This document shows, in pieces, positions 10,386 to 23,610 of a stretch of DNA of 64,000 bases. The stretch is from Lama glama. Lineage: Eukaryota. The stretch's first letter is position 1. Every line of letters starts with the position of its first letter. The position numbers and the translations under genes were made by a program. Below the pieces are notes generated by a model that was not told the origin of the DNA, did no database searches, and saw only the letters and a program-made list of their open reading frames with translations. The stretch spans positions 12,648,001 through 12,712,000 of the forward strand of contig CM052832.1 in the NCBI GenBank assembly GCA_028534125.1, read 5' to 3'.

Positions 10386-13300
10386 CTTCTCCAAGGGAAA
10401 AAAAAAAACAAAACCCTTAGTAAATGTTAAAGTAAAAGGCACAGTAATATTGGTAGGAATTTATTTTATTGACAAGGGTTTAAATGACAAAGACAATTCT
10501 CAGTAGTGAAAAATCATGATTGTCCCACTAGGTGTCAAACTTTCCTTTTACATTATCAGTGTGAGGCAACAGCAGACAGCACATCACTTTGGCTGGTGGA
10601 GGTGGCAGAAAGTGTGTTTGGGTCACAATGTGAACCACTGTGATTACTCCTGCATCCCAGAAGTGACACACTCATCTCATCAATGTTCCCCTTTTTTATA
10701 TTGAAAACAGAAATCCAGAGAGGTTAGGTGACTTACCAGAGGTCACACAGCAAGTTAGCAGGAGAACCTAACCTACTTGGTTCAATGAACATTTATATAA
10801 CATCTGACACATGACTGAGTTTTGTACTTTGCTCTAGAAGCCAGAGGCCAGATGTGGTGGGCCAATGTGTTAGCCAGCTGAGGGCTAGAACCAGTTCCCT
10901 CTATTGCTCCAGCCACAGCCGGACTCTATTTTCTGCCTAAGTGCAGCTGCCGCTGTAGGGTAGTCACTTAAGGGTTTTAGCCCCTTGGTTCTCCTCAGGA
11001 GAGGAAAAAGGAAAGGCCAGACACCTACTGATCCTTTTATTCGGGGGCCAATGAATCCCTTTCACCTCTCAGAAACTTCCAAATAATCCTCTTCCAGTAA
11101 TTCTAGGAGAATGAAAATTGACTTCCACCTGCTTCCCCCACCACCATTCAAGCTAATCACTCAGGGAGAGGCCAGAGACAGCTTCTATGTGTGCCTGTGG
11201 CCTCCTCTTCTGTGTCCTCCTCCACACAGGCCCCGGGAACCTTGATCATCCCCATCAGTGATGTCACAGGACTGGGTGGGGAGGAGGCCACTGTCCTGCA
11301 GGGTGACATGAAGACTGAGATCTCCAGCCAGGTGGCTGGAAAGTAGAGAGAACAGAGGAAGGGGGCCAGGAGTCCCTCTGAGTGTCTGCGGTGGAGACTT
11401 TTGAGCGAGGCGGCAGTGGCTTATTACAGCTAATTTCCTTCCCCTTGCTAGAACCGCAAATCCACAGGGTTTTCGCAGCATATTTGTGTATCTGGCGCTC
11501 TCAGCTCGCCTCCCCTCGGGGACCATAAGAGACGCCAAGGAAAGAAACAACATGGCCCTCCATAATTTCAAAGTCAGTTCCAGAGTTAATAATAAATTAA
11601 GAGCTGCAGGCGAGGGGAGGAGGAGTAGATGTGGAGGACCCTCTCCGTGCCAGAGCAGACCGGCCCCTCTAGGAACATATAGCAATCAGGAGAAATAATG
11701 GAATGCCAGGGTCTCAGGTGCTGAGAAGGCTTCCCCAAGGTCACATGCCCACTGACCCCACCAAAGCCAGTGGGTCCCAACCCCCAACCCCACAATGACT
11801 AGGTGGGGGAGGGGAGAATTGAAAAGCATTCTCTCCTGCGTCTTTTTTTCTCCCTCCCAGTGGAGGGTGGGGGCACTGGAGCAGACCCCCTCGGAGCTGC
11901 TGGTGATCCCACACTCTCTGAGAAAGGCAGGACAGCTGCTTTAGAGAGAATTGGAAAATTCCTCTCTCTGGTCAACCTGACTAAACCCACTCACCTCTGA
12001 GGAAGTTTCTAGACCAACAGCCATGCCAGTTGGAAAACCAACAGTCCCAATACCTATGCAACTTTGTTATTCATTGTTTGGGTCCTAGGAAGACTCTCTG
12101 CCAGACTGGGAGCTCCCTGAAGACCAGGGGCTCCACCATCAGAATGGAAGTGCAATCAATTCTTGTCAAAGCTAAGATCGGGAGGGGACTTGGAAACGGC
12201 AGTGTGAGGAGGCCGGGCGGGTTTAGCCCAGAGAAGAACGGGTAAGGTATGGACAAGATGGCTGCCCTGAAATATCAGAAGGGCTGTCCTGTGAATCCTG
12301 TAGAATTTACACCTTCTATGCGCTGTTCCCAAGATGAAGAGCTAGAATTAAGGAGAGAAGATATATAGGACTGGACTTTGGTTCTAGAAAAGGGTGAAAC
12401 TTTCTAAGAGTGAATGGGTGAGAGATAGTGAGTCTCCTACTACAACAAGTGGCGCTTCTGAGGAGGGGCCCAGGGCACCAGGTAGCAGCTGGGACAGGTG
12501 GCCTTTAAGATCCTTTCCAAACCAAGAGACCGTCAGTGATGGTGGATGTTCTAGTCTTCTAGTCTCATCCACCCACACTCATAGGTCTGCTCTTCCTGAT
12601 AACCCCCAGGAAGGGCCAGAGGCAAATGAGCAGGAGGACACAGGGACCCAATCCAGCCAGAGAGGCCACTCAATAAATTGGTCAGGCAAACAGCTGCAAA
12701 AGAGAAGTATGAACACAGTGGAGGCTGCTGCAGTCCTGAAAAACAATCCTGATGTTTGCAGCTGAACAGACAAATAAACAGAAAAATAAATCCTCCTTGA
12801 TGACCAGGAGAGCATTCTGTCCTCACTAGTGCAGGGGATTGAGGCCTTGGCTCACCCAGTGTGCTACAGGAGAACCACTCACTTTTCACAGGGGAACCTG
12901 GACCAGAACAGAGAGTGACTTGCCCACAGTCACACAGCTAGTGAAGGGCAGGGCCAGGCAAAGCCACAGGATTCCTCACTTGCATGCCAGTGTTCTTTCT
13001 CTTGCCCTTGGCTGCCCCCACAGCACCATCTGCTCCTTCATCAGCTGGAATTCCTTTTTAAAAATATATTCATCTAAGGCAAGTCCCAAAGTGGACAGAG
13101 ATGATATATATATGTTCTCTGCTGGCCCAGGAAGAGCAGGCAGAATGCGCTCCTGACGTTTCTGGGATATACTCCGGTCCTCAAGTCTCCTCACCAGAGC
13201 CACGTCCTCTCCAAGCATTTGGGCAGTACAGACATCTATCATCCTTCACCTTCCTGTGCCCGTGTGCTTCCTTCCAGGAGCCCTTCCACACGTTATTCCT

Positions 13301-14199
13301 CCAGCTGGTCCTAAGAGGCTGATAATGTCCTCCACTAGAGACAGTGCACATTCCAAGTGTTGCCTCTCCCAGGAGAATTTGCATTTTAGGTCAGGGCCTA
13401 CAAGAGGGAAAGGCTTAACCTAGAGTCTAGAACATGGATATTAAGGACTTTCAGGATGCCAGGGAGAGATGTGGGGGGTCAGGAATGCCTTCCCAGGGCT
13501 CCTTGGCTACTTCCTGATGGGAAAGAAAGGCCGAGGTGGAGGTAGGGATTACAATCCAGGAGAAGGGGCAGCTAACATGGACCCTGGGCACACTTCACAG
13601 GGTTGGAGGCAGCTCCCCCTGCCGGGCATGTCCTGAACCAGGCATGTCCTGCAGGGATCAATTACCTCTCTCTGTTTATTGGTAAATCCTGGAGAACAGA
13701 AACTAGGATGTTAACACTAATCCATGTCTGGACACACCAACCACCATAACCCACTGCAGACCATCCTCCACCACCCAAGACAGACACCTCCAGCGCACTG
13801 ACTTTGGCCTCCTCCTGAGGCTCATTAACTACACACTATCTGGATGCCAGAGACTGGTTGCAGTGACCTCTGGGAGTCCCCGCAGGAGGTTTCTGGCTCC
13901 ATCAATTCCAGGGAGCTGGAAGGGCAGGGCAAATTCTCTGCAGGGAACTCCTAAGGATACCAACCAATGGGAGTTTTTCACAGACTCCAGAGCAGGGCGG
14001 TGAGCAGGACACGGGGGCTCCTGTCCCGTTCCCCCCCCCCCCCCGCCACACACACACACCCTTTCCTCTCAGACCCAGGGCAATTTCCCCAGAAGTGTTC
14101 TCACGCTGCGCCCTGGGAGCCTCGGCGCCAACTGACTGGATTTCAATCAGAAATCCATCTCCCTTAAGGACCGCTTTAGATAAAAGGAGAAGTAACCTG

Positions 14200-15560
14200 C
14201 AATTCAGATGCTGGTGCCAAGCCGTAATAGTGGAGCCAGGGAGAGGCCAGCTGCCCAACCTCGGCCCCCAGCCCCCAGCGAGGATGAAACCAGGCCTGAG
14301 CTGCTGCAAGCTCAGCTTCCAGGGACCCTAGGGAAAGGGCGTAGCCTGCCTGATCTCCCTCTCTCTCTGCCACCGGCGGGCACACGCCGAATCGCCGAGA
14401 CTGGTCGAGGGTTAACGGGCCGCTGCAGTAAGCCAGTCTCCGGAAGCCAGTTGTGCGCTCTGGGAGCGCCCTCCGCGCGGTTCCCAGGACGCGCGGGACA
14501 AGGGCTCCTAGGAAGGCTAAAGGCGGCCGGGGGTGTCCTTCGGCGCAGGAGGAGCCGCGGGCTCAGCACCTCTCCCTACTCACTCACCCCCAACCTCATC
14601 GCCAGCTGCCACTCTGTCACTCGTTCCTCTCCCGGCCTATACTGCAGTCAGGAAAGGGTCACTAAGAGAAAGTGTGGCTGCTCCAGTCCTCTCCCCCGCA
14701 AGACCCCGCACCGTGTGGGCGGTGGGGAGGGGAGAGGGACTGCAGGGGCGGAAAAGCCCCCGCGGAGCCCTGGCGGCTCTGGTGCGCAGCGCGGGCAGCC
14801 TCCCTGGTAAATAATGCACGCCTCCCAGTGCCGGCTGCAGCAGGTAGTGTATCAAAGTAATATCGCGCCGCGAATTGCNNNNNNNNNNNNNNNNNNNNNN
14901 NNNNNNNNNNNNNNNNNNNNNNNNNNNNNNNNNNNNNNNNNNNNNNNNNNNNNNNNNNNNNNNNNNNNNNNNNNNNNNNNNNNNNNNNNNNNNNNNNNNN
15001 NNNNNNNNNNNNNNNNNNTCAGAAGCCCAGGCTGTCTCCTAGCAAATGGGGTGTGGGCAGAGAGATTGTATTATCTATCTAGATCCAGCGAGACTGATGT
15101 ACCCGCCGGGAATAAAGTGATGTTCCTGCCCGCGCCCAGCTGGGCCCTTTGGGTGTCGGCGCGCTGCGCCCATCCTCTCCCAGGTGGCCGAGAGAGGCCC
15201 GGGAGGTGTGTTGGGGGTGCCAGCCCGGAGCGAGGAGACGTTTTCATTAGGACTTGGGTGGCCCTTGCCGCGGCCGGCGATCTGTCCCTCCCATGGGCTG
15301 TTCAGCAACCAAGACCCTCCCAGGACCGGCTGGGCTGTCGTCGCTCCTCCCCGCTGCGCTACGAAGTCGTCTGGGCATTAGTATTCCTGCCCAGGTCCTC
15401 CTGAGGGGCCTGCTGCCCGGCTCCCCTCCCCCACCCCCGCCAGGGAAAGTCATTCTGGGTTGGAGGGGTGATAACAGGAAATGCATTTGCAGGCTCCCTT
15501 CTAACTTCTTGATGGGAGCCAGCTGGAAGCGAGCAAGTTGCGCCGTCCCTCTGCGCTCAG
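14200..15560. promoter_or_regulatory. Orphan CpG island (candidate promoter or enhancer); core masked by gap 14879-15018
   Basis: Sharp rise in GC content and CpG density (e.g. GCGCGG, ATCGCGCCGCGAA) against CpG-depleted flanks; no recognisable coding exon. Confidence 0.8.
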
Positions 15561-15959
15561 TTCCTGGTGACCTAGAAGGTGATAATCATGAGCTTCTCTC
15601 CGGAAAGACAAAGAAATGGAAAAACTTTTCGGGCCCTGCAGCCCTGTCACATTGCATTAGCAGAGAGCCTTGTGTCTGTGACCCCAACTTGGTGCCAGAA
15701 GGGCAGTTTTGTGTATCTTCAGAAGCCCTCCATCTCACACCTCCTTGTGGGAACCCAAGAATTGTGTTTCCTCCCCCAAATCATTTTCATCGCTTAGTGA
15801 AACAAAGCAGCAGACACCAAGCTTCCCTGGACTGGCATTCGGCTGGTAGTCCCCAACCCTATGCCACCCGCTGGTTGTTTCTCTTGCTTGGGCAGTGAGC
15901 TTGGGAGCCTGCAGGGCCCTTAGAAACCAGTTGTTCTGATCAAACAAGGCATGGTGCAT

Positions 15960-16300
15960 CCTGACAGCAGAACACTCGACAGCCGACAAGAATGAAGGAG
16001 ATTTGTGTGTGTGAGGGGAAGATGTCCAGGATGTATTGTTAAACAGAAAAAGCAAGTTGCAGAATAGCATGCAGAGAAAGATCTCATTTGTGTTACATTT
16101 TAAATAAAGGCTATATATACCCACATGCTTGCATATGCAGAGAAAACGTCTGAGAAGACAGAAAAGAGACTGTTAACGATTGTCCCACGGGATAAGGAAG
16201 AGAAACGGACTTTAAACTCTCACTCTTAAATTTTGGTTCTGTTAAATTTGCATCACTTTCATAATTTCAACATAAATCTTTTCCAAAAAAAGAAAAGAAA
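15960..16300 (+). mobile_element. Old L1 (L1M-type) 3' fragment
   Basis: GAAGATGTCCAGGATGTATTGTTAAACAGAAAAAGCAAGTTGCAGAATAGCATG followed by an A-rich tail. Confidence 0.65.
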
Positions 16301-17539
16301 AAAGAAGAAACCTCCACTCTAACTCCTTCATTTGAACCGGGGCCCAGTGAGGGAAAGGGACTTCCACAGGTTACACTGTGCTCACAGCCTGGCCTCAGGC
16401 CCTGCCTTACATGTCCCCACACCAGGCTCCTTCCCAGGCACATAGCCCTGCCAACCAGGCTCAACAGGCCCACAAGGGAATCACAGACCCCTTTCCCAGC
16501 GTAGGAAGGGCTCCTGACAGGAGTGTGGCCTGATTTGAGGGGGCAGTCAGATAAAACCAAAGACAAGAGCTGGAGACAGATTTAGACACCTGGCCGGGTG
16601 ACCTGAACTTGTCCATGGCCCTGCCCTCATCCAGCCCCCACAGACCCAGTCTTCTGATACAGATGACGCCTCTTGGTCAGACAGGGGTGGGATTGATCAA
16701 CCATTGTGATTTGTCCAGAACCGAGAGAATTCCCAGGGTATGATACTTTTATGGCTAAGACTGCGACAGTCCTAGACGAATTGGGACATGGTCACACTTG
16801 TTGTGCCAGCCATGTCTATAGCAACCCACTGACAGTTTGGCAAGGACAACCTGTGGCAACTCAAGGGTGAAGATTCTAGAAGGTTGTCTCCAGGCAAAGA
16901 TAGCCAATCCCTGTTCTGACTTTTCTGAGAAGTATGAAGCTGCAAGAGTTAATTTACATCTTGTCAGTTGCGATTTCCTCTCAGTCCAAGCGTGCACACA
17001 CACATACGCACACACACACACCCCTCCTTACCTCTCTTAGTCTGTCTAAAGGCACATCAGCCAGGGCCCAGCAGTACCACCCAGAGCCCCTTGTGTCTCT
17101 TTGAGCAACATAATCCTCAAGAAATTCTAGAGCCTTTAATTACACACAAGGCTCATCACAATTTCTCATCTCTCCCTCCCTACCTCAGGAGACAAAAAGG
17201 AAATTTCACACCCTAGTGAGCCGAGCTCATCTTTTCCTCTTTGATGCCAGCCTGGGGTTAAAAAGCAGGGACAAGCGACACACGCCTCCTCTGGGTCCTG
17301 ATTCCTCTGCTGATTTTGAGATTCCAGGCATGCATCTTAAAGATCATAATCTGATTTTGCCATGCCCGCCTTACCAGCCGATTAATGGTCCCCTGGCTTC
17401 CGCACTGCAGCACCCAGTATTCTGCAGAATGCCACCTTCCATATCCCTCCCACCTGCCTCAGGCTCCATCTGAGACTGGTAACCCAGAGAAGAAAAAGCT
17501 AAGGTCAAAAAGGTGGTGGTGGTGGTGGAGGGGTGTCAG

Positions 17540-17865
17540 AGAAGGAACAAGAGATCCAAAGTTCAAGTTCTGGTTCTGTCATTAGCTAGCTGTGTGACTT
17601 CGGACAAATTGCTTCTCCTCTCTGGTTTACTCATCTATAAAATAAAGGGGTTGATGGAAGTGGTCTCTCAGGTGCCTTTGAAAGAATAAACCAGACTTCC
17701 TTAGCTTAAATCCTGGCTCCCTCTTCTAGCTGGATGAACTTGGACAAGTAACTTAACCTTTCTGTGTCTCAATACCTTCACCTACCTCATTGGGCTGTAG
17801 TAAGGATTAAATGAGTTAAAACTTGTAAAGTGCTTAAAACAGTGCAAAGCACGTGCTAAACCACT
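17540..17865 (+). mobile_element. Two adjacent MIR SINE fragments
   Basis: TAGCTGTGTGACTTCGGACAAATTGCTT and TTGGACAAGTAACTTAACCTTTCTGTGTCTC...AGGATTAAATGAGTTAA. Confidence 0.75.
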
Positions 17866-19029
17866 TGTGATGGAGATATTGGTGCCCTGCCATATGCCCT
17901 GGACACTCACTAGTCCCATGTGTAGCACTTGGACTTGCTCCAGCTCCAAGCACCTGTGTTTCTCTGCCTGACAGCTTTCTCCACCCATCCACCCACCCCC
18001 AGCCCACTTGCCCTGAGCTCTAAGCAGGCTGGAAGTGCAAAGAGTTTAAGAGCTCAGAGCAACCTTCAACTGATGATGGTAGGGAGGTGGGGTGTGAATA
18101 TCCCTGCAACCATGTCCCTCACTGAGGTAACTAAGACTTCTTCTACACAGTCTCCCAGAGATCCAGCAGGATTGAGCCCTCAATCTTGAAGCCCTCAATC
18201 TTCAATGCATCTTTTATTGGATTTCCTCCTTCCCTGTCTTCCTAGCCCAGTGCTTCCCAAGATCACCCTCCAAATAAACTACTTGCACTCAAATCCTGGC
18301 CTGAGTCATGGCTCTGCTGTAGTGCCCTTAAAAACATTACCTTCACTCATTGCAACAACCCTGTGAAGTGAGTGTGCTCATTCCATGTCATACAGAAACA
18401 GGCCCACGGAAGCTAAGTGCTCTGCCCAAGGCCTCACAGTAGGAAAGTGGCCCAGTGGGGACTTGAACCCAAGTGTTCAACTCAAGTTGGCTCCATGGGC
18501 TCTACATCTCCATCTCCCTCCCTCTTCTCCCTCAAAGAGGCTGAATCCTGCTCCAGGATGGACATTTCATTCCTTCAGAGCTGCAGCAGTAACTCCTCTC
18601 CTCCAGGCAGGGAAAGGGGTGCCGGGCCAGGCCATCTGTGAAATTTTCTCCCTGGCAGACCTGAGAGGCCACCCAAGGACTCCTTTTCCAATACACAGAC
18701 ACCTACAGAGCCCTTGGGTGGTGCAGTCCTGGGCAGAGCAATCAGGCTCTTGGTATCACAGCCTCAATTTAAGTGCAAACATGTGGGGGACCCTTGGGGA
18801 ACAGTGGCTTCCCAACGGGCTGGAGATGGGCCCAGACATTGCCTGCCTAGAGGGGGCCCCAAGCCGAGCCCGTCTCTCAGCCTCTGGAAGTGTGCGCTGC
18901 CGGCAAGAGCAATGGGCCATATGCCTGAGACTGGAGGAGACAAGCCTCCCAGTCGTCCGCCAGCAGAGGACCTCACCACAGACTTCGGCTCATTACAGTT
19001 CCTGATGTTTCAAGTCAGGTTTTATAGTT

Positions 19030-19640
19030 ATCAATAGTTTTTATAGGCACATGGTTCCACATTCGCAAAAGCCTTCCTTCCTTCTCTGTGCCCCATGTCC
19101 CCTCCCTGAAGAAAACAGCCACTGTTTCTGATATACTGTGAATCCTCCCAGAGATTCTATGGACAAACAAGCACACAAGTGTGGTGTTGCTGTACACCGT
19201 TCTTTCTTCCCTCCAGAACAACATATCTTGGAGATCCTTCTGTAGGAGTACATAGAAAACTTCCTCATTCCTTTTTACAGCTGCCTAGTATTCCTGTGCG
19301 TTTATGTCCCAAAATTAATTTAACCAATCCCCAGTGGATGGCTATTTTGAGTTATCCTCAATCTTTTGCTAATACAAACCTTGTACATGCGTTATTTTGC
19401 ACACTTGGAAGTACATCTATAGGAAAAAAATAACTAGAGATGGAATTGCTGGGACAAGGGGTATGTGCATTTGTAATTTTGGAAGATGCTGCCCAACTGA
19501 CCTCCAAAGATGGGGACTCATTTATACTCCCACTAGCTGTGTGCCCTGCTGAGGGCCAACAGTGCAAGGCCTGTACGTGCTTGGCTGATTTTGATCTCCC
19601 GACTGTCTGGGTTTGGGGAGGGCAGTGGCCTTATTATCCT
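19030..19640 (-). mobile_element. Old L1 (L1M-type) fragment
   Basis: TTTAACCAATCCCCAGTGGATGG...TCTTTTGCTAATACAAAC...CTAGAGATGGAATTGCTGGG is the antisense L1 ORF2/3' UTR pattern. Confidence 0.75.
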
Positions 19641-20089
19641 GTTTGATGAGAAAATTGAAAGAGATTCAATTTTGCCCAAGATGACCCAATAAACCTCTTA
19701 TTGAGCATTAATTACTTGCCACGCTCTGTGCGAAGCGTTTTATATTTGTTATCTTATATGAGCCTCCTAATGACACAATGAGGTGGTTACTCTTACAACT
19801 GTCTTTCATTTTACAGCTGAACCAAGGGCTAGAGCTCAGAGAGACTGAGAAGCTTTCCCAGCGTCGCACACCTGGTAAATGGCAGAGCCAGATTTGACAT
19901 TTCTCATTGTGGCTCCAGAACCTGGGCTGCAGCTTCTCCCAGGAGGCTCTACTGACTCCCTGTTTACTGCCTTACCATGTGCCCCCAACTCCTCGGCACT
20001 GAGGGGGGTGCACAGGCAGAGTCCCCACAAGGCAGTAGACATATAATTGAGGGGCCAGAGACTGATAGAAGGTCAGAGCTGGAAAGGAC

Positions 20090-20290
20090 TACAAAAATGC
20101 TTTTCAAAAGGAAGTGTCTGTCTCGGGGTAGGAAGGGAGAGGTTGGAAATGTGAGGGTGTGGTTCTGGTTCACTCGATGCCTGGGGGCACCACTGGGATG
20201 CTGAACTGTCCTGCCTTTCATGGGAGGGTCTCACAAAGAATCAACCAACCCCTGAAAAATGCCCATAGAGCCCGTATTGAAAATCTCTGG
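20090..20290. mobile_element. hAT-Charlie-type DNA transposon remnant (MER20/MER3-like)
   Basis: GGGATGCTGAACTGTCCTGC...AAAAATGCCCATAGAGCCCGTATTGAAAATCTCTG resembles a hAT MER terminus. Confidence 0.5.
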
Positions 20291-22194
20291 GGCTTTTCAT
20301 TCTTCAGATTAGGAAATGAAGAGACGATCCACTTGGGGCAGAAATAGGAGTAAGGCCGAACTGCTCAGAGGCAAAGCCAGGACTAGAAGTTGCTCTGATG
20401 ACCCCCAGGCCAGGGCTCAGTACTCTGAACTCTGCACAGCACTGCCTCCAGCACACACTTAAACAGAGAGAAGCTGACAGAGCAGCTAAGTGTGTGTATG
20501 TGTGTGGGGGCTGGGGGCGGGTGCTCATTTATTCAGCACCTGCTGCATACACATAATCATTAAGTTCCACAATAACCCTATCATCTTACAGTCCCCAGCT
20601 GAAGAGCTGGAGAGAGCGAGGGTAAGTGGAGGCAGATTTGGGAGAAGCATGAAACCCCAGCAAAGGGTTTTACGTCGACTGCAATGTGGACCACAGTGAG
20701 CTAACAAGACTGATTATAGGTTCTGAACCAGGACATGACATGATCAAATTTGGGTTTTAGGACAGTAACTCTGGTGGAAATGCTTCTCATGTGCTGTTCT
20801 CCCTGTCAAAAGGCCTTTCCCAGGCTTGATAGCTCTCTGTGAAGCATTCTCTGAGCCCTGGGAGTTTGATCGGGTGCATCCACACCTCTTTGTTGGATGG
20901 GGAGCTCCCAAAAGCAGTGACTAGGTCTTACCTTTGCATCCCCAGGCTCTGGTCCAGTGTCAAACATTGTGGGAGCTCCAAAAATGCTTATGAAATGAAT
21001 GAATGAATGGAGTGATGAAGGCCTGACTGAGATAGTGGCAGCAGGAAACAAAAAGGAAATGTGAAGCCAGGTTGAAGGAAGATGGACAGGGCCTCTTGAC
21101 TGGCTAGAAATAACACACTTATATAGCATTTACGGTATAACAGGCCCCATAAAGGAGGTATGATTTCTTATTCCCATTTGACAGACGAAGAAACTAAGAC
21201 TCAGTGAGATCACACAGCCAGTAAGTGCTTGAGGTCACGGCTAGTAAGTGGAAGAGCCGAGCTTTAAACCCAGACAGCTGGCGGAGGGTGCATGCTCTTA
21301 ACTTCTCATCTATCTTATACAATTATGAGGGCTGAACTAGGTGAGTAAAGTCAAAACCGTCCTTCCTGGTAAACTGGACTGATGATGCCCAGAGACCCCA
21401 GGACTTCTGACCTCTACTCACTTGCATTATCCTCTCTGCCTGTTTACCTCCCTCCCATTCATCACCACAAACATTGTGACAGGACCCAAGCTTCAATCCC
21501 TACAAAATGTACAGCCTGGACAGAAGGGGCAGAGTCCTCTCCTTTTCGAGGTGCAGTCTGCAGAGATAGGGGCTGGGAGCCTGCGGGAGTGCCAGCAGGA
21601 ATCAGAGCCCCACCCAGCGGCTTTTTGCCTGCCCCAGCGGGCTCTGGGCACACAGCCAGTCCAGCCTGTAGTGCCATCTCTCTGCTGCACCTCCTCCCTC
21701 ACCCAAGTCACACTCCACACGCTCAGGTTCCTTTGTGGTGGGTGTTTTGATTAATTTTATTCTAATTAATTCAGTAATCTCAAGCTGTTTGCAAAATCTG
21801 CACCAAGCGCTTCTCCGTGATGGATCTGCTGAAGGGGCTGCAGACAAACACACGATTCGCTTCTCCGTTGGCGCTATATATATCTTACGGCTGGGAGAGG
21901 GTGGGCCGGGGAAAAGGAGCAGGAACGCTGCCTGCTTGCCGGCTCTCAATGTCGTTTCCCAAATGTCCTCCCTTGCCTAGGCTTGGTTGCTGACTGTGGT
22001 CCCGCTTCTGCCTCTTCTTTCTTGTGGAGCCTCGGGTGGTTTGCCTAACCTCACCTACTTCAGCACCTCACCTGAAAAATGGAGATGAAAAGCCCGCCCT
22101 GACTAGCCATAGGCAGCCAGGACCAGCTAGAGTCTGGGGACAGGCTTGGGAAGCTGTACAGAAACCTGAAGGACTGCTGACATCATCACTCGAG

Positions 22195-22430
22195 AAGCAG
22201 GAGAGTGTGATGGTTGAGACTCAAACCAGATTTCCTGCCTCTGCCTCTTACCATCTGGGTACCTTGGAGAGGTTACATTACCTCTCTGTACCTCAGTTTC
22301 CACATCTGTATAATAGGGGTGAAAATAGCACCCACCTCACAGGGTTCTTACAAGGATTAAAGGAATATGGGTTTTCAGGAGAGTGCTTGGCTTGGAGTCA
22401 AGCACTAAGCAGAGTATTATTACAGTTACC
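22195..22430 (+). mobile_element. MIR SINE
   Basis: ACCTCTCTGTACCTCAGTTTCCACATCTGTATAATAGGG...CCTCACAGGGTT. Confidence 0.8.
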
Positions 22431-22989
22431 TTGGCCATCTTTGTCCCTTTAAAATCTTCCCCATGCAACACAAATGCTCAGTTATGCAGGAAGTCTTCTC
22501 TGATGAACCATAAGGAAACTTGCACCCCATCCCAAAGAATCCATCTTTCTCTCACTTCTCTGAATGTGCTGAAGTCTTCATCCATAATCTCTGTGTCTTC
22601 CTTGGATGGTCCATTTTTCTTCTTGCTCATTGGAACATCTCAGGTTACAGGGCCCGTCTCACCCTAAGTCTGTTAAGTCTTACCGTGGTGGGATTAAAGA
22701 GGCTTGGTCTATAGCTATTCCAGCAGCCCCACCGAAAGGGACTTAGAGACAGCAAGATGTTTAAAAGGGAACTCACCTTGAAGCTGGGTTTGCTAAGTAT
22801 ACAAAATGATTTTACTTTAAATATAGGAAAGCTTTTAAAATTGAAGCAATGCCAGTTGTCTATGGGAGTGATGATTTTCTGTTCTGTGGAGGGATATATG
22901 GAAATGGTGGCAGAGGATCCCTCCCAAAACACCCTTGGAATTTGTCCTAGTGCCATGAAGAGGAAAACCAAACAACCAACCAACAAGAT

Positions 22990-23480
22990 AATGGAATGGG
23001 GAGGAAGGCAATGCTTTAGATGGGTAGTCGGGGAAGGCCTCTCTGGGAAGGTATCAACTGACCTGCACTGAGAAATGAAGAAGCCTGCTGTGTGATCATC
23101 TGGGCAACAAACAGTCCAGATAGAGGGCACAGCTGTGTGTAGGCCTTGAGGTGGGAATGAACCTGGGGTGTTAAAAGATTGGACAGTGGCTGAGGGTGAC
23201 AGAAGGATAAATTAGAGTGATGAGGCCACAGAGTCCAGACCGAAGGGCCTCATAGGCCATAGTAAGCAGCTAGATTTCATTCTAAATGCACTGGGAGTTC
23301 TTGGAGGGTTTTAACCAAGAAAGTGACCCAATCTTATTTATATTTTTAAAGGTCACATTAGCTGCCTTTGTAGAATTCATCCATTCTCCCATCAGTTCAT
23401 TCACAAGATTTAATGCACACCTACTATGTGCCAGGCACTGATGGTTCAGAGTTGAGTAAAACATTATCCTCCCCTCGTGG
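22990..23480 (-). mobile_element. L2 LINE fragments
   Basis: GGGAAGGCCTCTCTG...CCTTGAGGTGGGAATGAACCTGG...GGAGGGTTTTAACCAAGAAAGTGAC, and CACCTACTATGTGCCAGGCACTG. Confidence 0.75.
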
Positions 23481-23610
23481 AGCTCAGCTGATGAGAAAAT
23501 GAACACAAAGATGATTTAAAGACAGGGTGGCAAGTGCCATAGTAGAGCTGCGGACGGGGTTTGACTGTGGAGGAAAGGACTGGGGGTCTGGGAAGAGCTG
23601 TTGGTTAGAG

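Noticed and set aside
14208-15898. 200-aa and 214-aa ORFs over the CpG island
   Set aside because: Composition is Gly/Arg/Pro/Ala-rich as expected from GC-rich DNA with few stops; no recognisable domain; one overlapping ORF is inflated by the N-gap.
18385-19005. 206-aa ORF
   Set aside because: It begins inside a MIR-like sequence; no recognisable homology or splice structure.
21806-21833. REST/RE1-like word on the - strand (TTCAGCA...ACGGAGAAGCGC); a similar one lies at ~25431-25454
   Set aside because: Both half-sites and the spacing deviate from the RE1 consensus; too weak to call.
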